Notes under the pieces: generated by a model
The model's database searches: none
Told to the model about the DNA's origin: nothing
What the model saw: only the letters and a program-made list of their open reading frames with translations
Assembly: GCA_047967505.1 (NCBI GenBank)
Contig: CM106538.1
Source of the DNA: Dipteris shenzhenensis
Lineage: Eukaryota
Length of the DNA stretch: 64,000 nt
Reading direction: 5' to 3' (one strand)
Shown: piece after piece, positions 55,001 to 64,000 of the stretch
Layout: every line of letters begins with the position of its first letter
How positions within the stretch are numbered: the first letter of the stretch is position 1
Translations under genes and position numbers: made by a program

Positions 55001-55433
55001 CAAGCTACGAGATGGAGATATTCAAAGAAATGATTGACAAAATTGGGGAGCAACTCAAAGGATTGCAAGTAGACAAGTACAGAAATGTTTGAGAAAACTT
55101 CAAAAAAAAGAAAGAAGTATGAAGGGGACTGAGGCCTATTTGATGATTGTTGCTGATTATATTGATATTTTCTTGTCACCATATTTGATCTTGAAGGAGC
55201 GTGTGGTGTTTGCAGCCAAGGTAGTTTTCTTTTTCAAAATTTGGCGATTATGGATTCATCACCATCCAACCTACACCTTGAAGAAAAATTTCATCAGTAA
55301 GGAGGCTTATACGGACTGCATACTTTCTTGTCATTTTGTTGTATTGCTCATCAATAAAGAAGCTATAATATTTCATCATTCTACAAATTTTTCTTTTATA
55401 TCATATGCATCTAGCATATGGTTTGGAAGTTAG
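52046..55433 (+). pseudogene. P-element/THAP9-like transposase relic with Cys/His-rich N-terminus
   Basis: EDET, IGHASDGDSRR, QDFVHCGKKL, ND*QNWGA, GTEAYL, ERVVFAAKVVFFFKIWRLWI and NFISKEAY motifs. Intron 54277-54398 joins HRIR|WNAKDDTLIGFC. Many stops. Confidence 0.65.
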
Positions 55434-57539
55434 GATATTCAAAAATTTAGAAAAAAGTGATGCAAATACATAAATATGAAAGCATGTAACTTAAAGAAAA
55501 GTAAAGCGACATAAATTGAGAAAAAGATACGGATTGAGTGATAATGAGCTTAATAACTTTGTGCACTTAACATGATTAAGTTGCATGCCTTTATGATGAG
55601 ATGATAAACACTATCTTTTCCTAATATAGAGTGTGGCATATAGGCAACATGATGCTAGTGCATGCATCATATTGAATATAAACACTTGCATTACATCAAC
55701 ATATTGCTACTACATCCATCATATTTAATATAAAAACTCCCATTAGATTAACACAAGGTTAAAGTTCAAGCAATCTTCTTATAAGTTTGTGCCATTTTAT
55801 TCATATTTCAATTCAAGTTACTTCATGCAAATCTCTAGTAGGTAGTGATAGTTTGGGAGCATGCAAGGGAAATAAAATTGGATAAGGTGGAGTAAATACA
55901 TGAGAATTTGAGAATTAAAAGATCAAAAGTTGAAAATATGTTCTATTAGGTACTAGTATGGATGTAAAGCATGCATCTCGGCAACATACAATTTAAATGG
56001 CTTTATTCAATTATACAATACAATTTCTCAAAAGTAGCATCTGTTTCAACTTACACTGAAATGTACAAGAGGAGGGCAAAAAATATAGGCTTCTCAAATT
56101 TTAAATTTATTGAAGGGATATAATTATTGATCCAAAAATTCATAGTAGGGGTATATAAATAGATAACATGTGGTTACAAAGGGGTTTTTTAAATACCTTT
56201 CGAATGCACGTTGTATAGCTAGCTTATGTAAGGTGGACCCCCCGAGGAAGGATGAAGCAATAAAAAGGCCAAAGCTAGTTTTATGGCATATAATATCTTT
56301 CCTTCTTTTTCCTTAAATTTTCATATACTTTTATTTTCTTACATATCTACCTCATGTGCTTCCCATATAATATTCATGTATACTATAGCTCATGTGACAA
56401 ACTAGGACTACACCCCTATAGAATATAACTACCGAACATAGTTAATTCATGTATACTAAAGCATGTGACAGACTAGGACTACACCTCTACCGAATATAAG
56501 TATGCATATGACAATGGTACGACTGCTCTCTTCCAAAGGTTGTAGGATAGAGATGAAGATTTCCAAAATGTATACTTTAATGTAAGAAACTCTTGAACCT
56601 TAAAATCAAACTCCAATTTATGCAAGATCTAAATACATGGCTTTCAAGTGTCTTGGATATGTACATTGTAGACTAATGAGGTTGACCTTCACATATACAA
56701 ACAAAGGTTGGAATACATGGATAGCAGTGGTGCAAGGAAGGTAGTGGTGACAACAAGGATGAGTTAGAGGAGGACCCTTCCTATTTCTAGCCTATTAGTG
56801 AGGGTGATGACTTTCATGAAGATTCAAAGGAAAGAGAAGATGATAGTGGATTCATTGATGTATAGAAAAAAGGTAGCTATTTGTTGAAGTTACTAGGGGA
56901 ATTGTGGACTTAAAAAGGTTCTCATAAGGAGTAAATTAGCAAATTGGATTAAGAACTAACAAGGCCTATAGAGGGTCCCTTCACCCCCATATGAGTCCAA
57001 AAAAAGTGCATCTCAGGCTAAGAGTTGATCCTAAAAAGTGCATCGGGTCCTCTCCCACGGGTCCTCTCCCACTTGGAGGGGCCCCCTACTTAGGAAAAGG
57101 TTCTCCATGCACACTCTCCATGAATAGCTAACCCAAGAACAAATAGTAAATTTGACTCTTAATAAAAAACTTGCAGATTCTAAAATTGAGATCGAAAATA
57201 TATTGATGTAAAAGAAAGATCACAAGAGGCAATTACAAGATTAATTGATGACATGACAAAATTATTGAAAGAGATTAGGCCCACGAGACTAGGTCCCTCT
57301 AATATCAACTTCCTACATTGACTTAAAAATTGGAGAGAATAAAAGAACTCCTCTTGGTTACAAGCATAGGATCAAGGTTGTGCAACGAATGGAAAGCTTG
57401 GCATATGGTGGTGGAGCAAGCCTAGTGTGGGTGCAAGCTACATGATATGTATCTTTGGACTATTCTATAAATGTGAAGCATTTCATACAACCAAGTAATT
57501 GTGTATTTTTCCAATCTCATCCATACTTTTTGTAGGAAT

Positions 57540-58428
57540 TTCATGAAAGAGGTTGTTGGAAGAGAAGCACCTCACAATCATTTTGTGTGGTAAAAGTATA
57601 GGAAATAGAGAATTCTCCATGCATGTGATGTTGTTGGCATTAGTAGCCAATGGTACTTAGCTATACATATATTGTAAATGTGCTTTGAGGTCACGGTATA
57701 AAGAATCCATTGCTGCCAAGACTAGTATATGTTAGAAATGCAAGAAAGAAAACAAGAGGAAAATAAACTCTGTTCTCGAAGATATGTTAGGTTGATTTTT
57801 ACACATGTCAAAGAGCATGATGTGGGAAGGCACTAACAAGATGAAAGGCCAACGTATCAAAAAGAAAGGTGGACATGCTACCACAGGGGCAAAGCAAGGA
57901 CCAAGCACCTTTGAGTACGTGGAGCTTAGCAATGTCTTTTTGGATCTAAAATGTATTCTTTTTAAATGTGCATTGCGTTTTTTTATTTTTTATATGAAAG
58001 TTACTGATACAAATTTTATAATGCTTTAGAAAATCATGGATATTGACCACTTTGCAGCATGCAATGGAGGTCATCGAAGAGCAGCAGGAAAGGACGCTTC
58101 CTTGGCCAACTACTTGGACCAAATACCTCTCAGAGAAATTCTTGTAATGCATGCCTTGTATACTCCCAATGACAATGCACAATTGACATTGCTAAAAGCT
58201 TTGTCTAAAACTCTCTATTTAATTTCCACATCAAGAAATGTAGATAGGGTCATTTTGGTCAAGAGAGAGTTAGCCAGACACTGCTTTAGAGGGCATATTT
58301 TGGCATCGATTGGTGTGGCACAATCTCTAGATATAGATGATGTACAACAAATATCAGCTAGTGTGGTTAGCAATGAGCTTATTGGTTCAAAGAGACAGAG
58401 AAAGTGTGCAAAGGAGCAAATCAAATGA
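57540..58428 (+). pseudogene. Internally deleted RAG1/Transib-like transposase copy
   Basis: ILHACDVVGISSQWYLAI...GIKNPLLPRLVYVRNAR (about 57610-57750) aligns by eye with LHYACDLASISCQGYKAI...GISNAFLPHPFSIKLSR of ORF 62205-62531; probable C-terminal exons follow. Confidence 0.55.
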
Positions 58429-58666
58429 ATGAAGCCAAGAACTCTTGTAACACGATATATATATAATGTAAATCTCATTTTTGTCTTCCATGATGCAAAT
58501 TCTATCATGTTTCATGGTGTGTAACACTGTACATTCATTGTTTGTTTTATAAATCCAATGTTTGTTTTTTAATTTGTCACTGTGTATCTAACTCGCATCA
58601 TGGTGCCGTAGATGATCAAATTTCTAGAGAGATTGCAAGTTTTGTATTTTTTAGTACTCAAAAAGG

Positions 58667-58805
58667 CTATTTCCATGCTACGTTGGCTTAAGGGGGCCTT
58701 GGGAAGGCCAAAAAAGGCTAGCCATAGGGCCTCTAGTTACAGCATGGCAGCCAGGCCTTTTTTGGCCTTCCCAGGGCCCCCTTAAGCAACATAGCATGGA
58801 AATAG
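58667..58805. repeat. Inverted repeat, probably the back-to-back termini of two related elements
   Basis: CTATTTCCATGCTA..CTTAAGGGGGCC.TGGGAAGGCCAAAAAAGGC versus GCCTTTTTTGGCCTTCCCAGGGCCCCCTTAAGC..TAGCATGGAAATAG, with a 15-bp centre. Confidence 0.85.
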
Positions 58806-59040
58806 TGTTTTCACACTCAAAGAAAATCATAAACTTGTGTTACAAGAAAAGAAATTTTGTGTATGCATTTATGCATTCCTGGCCCCTCCTTAACCCTCCA
58901 ACATAGCACATGTCTTGGATTTTGAAATGATAACTTCATTAAAAGACAAAGAACCATTTGTAAAGACAAATTGATACACAGACAAATAAGAACTTGTATT
59001 TATATTGGAAAAAGGGTACTGTAACAATAGATTTGGAGAT

Positions 59041-59890
59041 TCAAAACTCTCTGATACGCCTTGCCAGCACAATGTCCTTGGTCATTATTGTTAGGTTATC
59101 ATTACACGTTTTGCATGAATAGTACATAGATTGGTGTCCTCAAACAACCGCGCAAGATAGGCTTCAGCTGCTTCCTTCAAGGCCTCCAGAGCAGCCACAA
59201 AAATCCTCGTTAAACGAATAACTTTGTATGATCTCTTTAACAAGCCTCATGGATGGTCCTGGCCTTTTGATGAGGAGATCCACGGAGGTCTAGTACTTCT
59301 AGATCTCTCTCAGGGCAACAAACTAGGCCTTCACTGCCACTTCTAAGGAACCCAGCCTTTTGGTCCACCATGGCTGCCAACTCCACCACCAAGTCCTCCA
59401 CCACCAGGTGGCCCTCCTCCATGTCTAAGATGAGTAGGGAGCCTCTTCCCTCCGTGTTGTCCCTTGCCAGGTGCAATAGGTGCTCCCCATGATGTAGCCT
59501 TGGCCGTTGGGGCTGGTGGTGCCTTTGCCATAGTGCCACTACTGGCGGTGCCTCTACCGCTCATACTACCGGTGCCTCGGGGTGCCCCATCCACTACCTG
59601 AACCCATGGCTCTTGCTTGCTGCTGCTGCTAAGTGCCAAGAAATGCTACAATGGCTTGACCTCCCCATGGTGGTGCCTGAGCCAGTGCTTTTAGCACCAC
59701 GATGGTCTTTCGGGCTGTTAGTTTTGGCCTTTTGGGCTGGGGTTGGGCCTCGAGCTCACTCGGGCTCAGGCTCGGGCTCAAGCTAGGGCTCAGGGGCTCA
59801 GGGTGGGGAGGGGAGTGGCAGTCAAGTTGGCTGGAGGAGGAGAAAGATTCAGTTTTGGATTGCGTGGAGGAATCCTCCGTGCTAGCATGC
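59041..59890 (-). pseudogene. Divergent histone H3-like pseudogene with extended N-terminal tail
   Basis: [53 protein letters not shown] and TIMTKDIVLARRIREF* (stop at 59041). A TARKT motif lies at about 59705-59720, upstream of a Gly-rich stretch. Confidence 0.9.
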
Positions 59891-60365
59891 TAGAGGAGGA
59901 AGATTCAGGTGGTGGGGTAAATTTTCATTTTTTCTTAAGCCTAGCTGTGAACTTCAACCTGGGCATAGCATATGGAAGGAAAAAAGTGCATGTGAAGAGA
60001 TAGGGAAAAGTCATAGTGAGCAACTAGACAAAGGAAATGAGGCCAATCCTCCCTATATATAACCCTTGGAAAATTTAGTCCTCTATGTTGTACTTTGACC
60101 TTACATTAAAATGCAAAAAACTCTTCTTTTGACCATTCATATCTTACAAACATAATATGCAATCATCCTGATACCAAATATGTTCCTTCATGACTTCTTA
60201 TGATGTGTCAAGCCACATGTTTAGATTTGTTGGTTCCTTTTTTGCCACTTTATTGTTTTTTTTGTCTTGTGTATTGCTATTTGAGATTTTTGAGTTTATT
60301 CAAGTGAATTGCTTAATGTCTTAAAATTAAACTTCACAAATCCTTAAAACCAAAATTCATATTAG

Positions 60366-62531
60366 TCATTGCAATGGAAATTTTACAAAGTGATGTGGTA
60401 TCATGCAGATACCCACAATCGACATCCTTGACGTAGTTTTGTGAGATGCCAAGTTGCATGTTTTGAGTGTCCCACTCCCCTTTTCCAATTCTCTTGTTTT
60501 ATTCTTTTTTGTATACTGCACACTGCTGCTGCAATTTGAGATTTCTCTTCTATTTCTTTCATGCGAGTCCTGATGATTGTACATCTATAAAACCAATCAA
60601 ACATTTCTTGCAAGGCATTACTACATGTGGATCCACCGCCCTGATGACGAGTATTCTTAAAGTAAGCACCTCTTGCTTGGTACTAAGATTTCTCCATTCC
60701 TTGCATGCTCCACATGCTGAGGGATCCATATTGTTGCATATAAAATGGCCCATGCACATAAAGAATATGCTAAAAGCACAAGATCTAACACAAATTAAAA
60801 TAGAATGGTTAAAAGTGAATGCAACGTAATGATGAAACCAAATAGTGCAACATACCATGTAATGTGTTATGTCTGTCTCACCCCAAGCTTGCACAAATGC
60901 CTTTGTGAACTCTTGAATTGCATTTCCAAATTCTCACGATCTTCACTGGTTGTACTACTTAGGATCATAAAGCATGAAACTTTGCTAAAAGCATTCCACA
61001 CCTTGGCTTGTTGATTTCGTACAACCAGATCTTGCTCTTGATCTGTAGTGCATTTACATAGGTCCTTACATTATAGTTCCCACTTTTGTGTTGTAGCCTT
61101 TTTAGCGGGGTTCTCAAGGAACGTCCTTGACTTTCCGCCACTCATAGATACCTTGCAAGGAATGTCCTATGTATTTACAGATCTTTTTTCATCCTTTTTT
61201 ATATTAATGTTGGCTCCATGTACCCCCAAACCATTGAGAAGGTCTTGTACTTCTAGAAGCCATTTTTTAGACCTTGCTTTGGGACACATGTTGTATGCGT
61301 ATCGGATATGCAAGTCCATGAGCTTGTCAATAATGTTCATTTGACAATGAAGTGTGCAAAAATGCACTCTTGACAAAGGGATGGGAAAAATAGGCTTCCA
61401 TGCCTTGTCTTCTTTATTCCTACTTGGTGGTCTATTCTGATCACAACTCAACACTCCCCACTAAGCCATTTGCCACAATCCTCACCTTGAATTGTAACTA
61501 CAACTTTTTCATGCACATCGAACATGGAATAATCGAGCAAGCTCCAAGGTCATGACCTAGAATGCACTTTACGGTTTTAAGATATCCTCCCAAATCCCAT
61601 TCTACATTGAACACCCCTACATTTGGAACATGAAGCAATTGACCATTTTGCTATTGCATAATCACATCTATGAAAGGAGTTCTCTCAAAAAACCATCTCA
61701 ATGTCTCGTGTGACTCTTTTGGCAACTCAAATGCTGCCAACCACCAAACCTCCTTCTCAGATTGCACACTAAAGTCAAGTTTCTTTGTTTCATCAAAAGC
61801 ATACTACATTGCTTTGTTCATGAGATTCACACTCACCCTCTCCAATTTGCATCCTTTTACTATTTCGCTTTCATCTAGCTTCAAGACAAATGCTAGTGTG
61901 CCCTCACTTTCTGCAAAAATAAAAAGTATGTACAAAGGTCATGCTAAAAGGTTCAATTCAAAACAAATGCTAATGTGCCCTCACTTTCCCACTAATAATA
62001 AAATATTCAATATTTTCAAGCCGTACCTTCAAGGGTCATCATGTAAAATTTGACCATTGCACATTGCAACTGGATCAAATCAACAAATATGTTATTAAAT
62101 GCATTGCATTCAAGTGACAAAGATTCCTTTTTCTTTTTAAACGCCATCGTATCAACAATGTGAGAATATTCTCCAATGAAAGTCCTGACACACTCATTGT
62201 TGTGCTATCGAGATAGCTTTATACTGAAAGGATGGGGAAGAAATGCGTTTGATATGCCCTCTTCTAATAATCTTATTTTCACAATTTGAAAAATGGCCTT
62301 ATACCCTTGGCAACTGATACTTGCCAAATCACAAGCATAATGGAGTTCATTTGGATCTATGAGTTGTGGTACGTCCTTCAATAACTCATTTAGCACATGT
62401 GACTTCATCTTCTTCTTCTTTGGATCCTGCAAAATTACCATTATGTCAACCTTATTCACAACTTTAACTTTATGCCATTTTGCATGGCATGACCTTTTCC
62501 TTTGAGCTTTCATTTTATTCTTGAAAAGCAT
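60366..62531 (-). pseudogene. RAG1-core/Transib/Chapaev-like transposase with two predicted introns
   Basis: SISCQGYKAI, VLKLDES, VQSEKE..KESHETL, LGGYLKTV..CSMC, CTLHCQM, and ITHYM|HILYVHG..YGSLSMWSMQGMEKS. Predicted introns at 61911-62026 and 60770-60855. Several stops. Confidence 0.75.
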
Positions 62532-62839
62532 CTAACTTTATTTATCTCTTTGAACTGACTTAAGATAGAGCCCCGTTATTAAACTTTTCTCCTGAGATTT
62601 AGAATGCAATACCTAGTTCACTCTTACAAAAACATGAGTGGAGAAAGTACTATAATTTTATACCATTTTGCATGGCGTGATCTTTAAACTAACTTTTCAC
62701 GCAATGTGTGCATTCAAATTAGTATGTATGTTTCGTTCTGCAATATTAAGATACTCTAGTGTGTACATTCTATTCTGTAATGGAATAGTGTGGGCATTCT
62801 ATGGCTTAGATATACTTAGTGTGTACATCCTATTCTGCA

Positions 62840-64000
62840 ATGGAGTGCCTTGCAAAAGCAGTGGGCCCCGTGTCCACAAAGGTGGTTTTAGTCCCTGTCT
62901 ATGGTTCGAGAGCTGGTTGGCTGACCTTCCCTTCCCACAGACATACTGGCTAAGGGGTTCTCCATGTCTACCGAATCCATCTAGCCTAAATGTCCAAACA
63001 TGTCAGTGATTGTACCTCTTAACCTGGATGCTACAAAAGGAGCAGGAGAGTTGGGGGGATCCAAACTAGTGAAGGGGGCTTTGGAAGCCCTCGGACCCAC
63101 AGGGTCTTGCATCTCCTCATTCAAGCTCTCTATCTCATCAGAGCTAGATGGATCCTCTTGTCGGGGGCCAATTACTGAGTGAGAGCTGGGAACTGAGCTT
63201 CCTGGTTGGACCGATCCCCAACTGGGGCAAAAGGTGGGCTCAGTGTAGCTCGAAGCGCTCTCCTCAGGCACGGGTTCCTTGGACAAAATCCTTCCAAACC
63301 TCAAGTGCATGTATAAGTCTTCTAAAAGAGCACACTCTGGATGAAGCTTTAAATATGTATTTTTTGGACTACCCCAGAGGTATCCTGACGGGCATGGGGA
63401 TAGGACTATGGTGACGATCGTGGGGATGAAGCTAAGGCGACGGTCATAGTGATGGAAAGTGACACGTGTTGATGGGATAGGATGCCGGTGGTATCCCCAC
63501 TATTGTGGGGTTGGAGCTAAGGCTACGAGCGGAAGGATAATAAGGTCAGTGGGATAATGGTATGGTGACTAGGGCGTAGGGTTGATAGTATGACAACGGT
63601 CACAGGGATGAGCTTTAGGCATCGATCGGCGGGATATCTAGATCAGTGGGATACAGTATGACAACAGTTGTGGGTATGAGCTTTAGGCACCGTTCAATGG
63701 GTTACAAGTATGGTAACGGGCATGGGGTTGATAGTATGGCAATGGTCGTGGGCATGAGGTCAAGGCCACTAGTCAACGACGGCTAGACCGGTGAGATCCC
63801 TAATTTGGACACGTATTAATTAGGGTGGCGGGTTAGACAACGATCAGAAGTTAGGTCGTGGGGATAAGGGCTAAGGCCATGGGTCAACACAAGTTTGACT
63901 AGTGGGATAGTGCTATGGTGCCAACCATGGGGATAGCGCTAAGGTGACGACCCGTGGGGGTAGGAATGCATAGTCTCACTGATTGGTTTTTGATGATTCT
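62840..64000 (-). mobile_element. Probable LTR-retrotransposon gag/5' region relic
   Basis: ORF 62981-63310 starts MHLRFGR and is S/P/E-rich, similar to gag N-termini; the upstream leader is repetitive. Weak. Confidence 0.35.

Overview
Repeat-dense eukaryotic DNA, probably a seed-free land plant such as a fern (inferred from GT-AG introns, plant-type Copia/LINE/MULE relics, (CT)n/(CA)n microsatellites, TAAACCC-like repeats and CpG depletion). Only one likely intact host gene is visible: a small secreted CLE-like peptide precursor (25838-26248, -). The rest is nested DNA transposons and retroelement debris. The main feature is a 14.8-kb Sola-like DDD transposon (30294-45089; perfect 27-bp TIRs, ATGG TSD) inserted into an older Sola2-like transposase. 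It has two divergent genes: the transposase, and a protein with a ParB/DGQHR-like domain followed by a degenerate beta-class DNA-methyltransferase-like region. Both predicted first introns carry arrays of the 16-bp palindrome TGTTGC-N4-GCAACA, which resembles bacterial parS in architecture. A related, decayed element (about 1500-10314) carries a Ulp1-like protease and a 182-bp array. The right end holds a P-element-like transposase relic next to an atypical kinase, and two tail-to-tail RAG1/Transib/Chapaev-like elements, one carrying a divergent long-tailed histone H3 pseudogene. All family calls come from motif recognition by eye; no searches were run.
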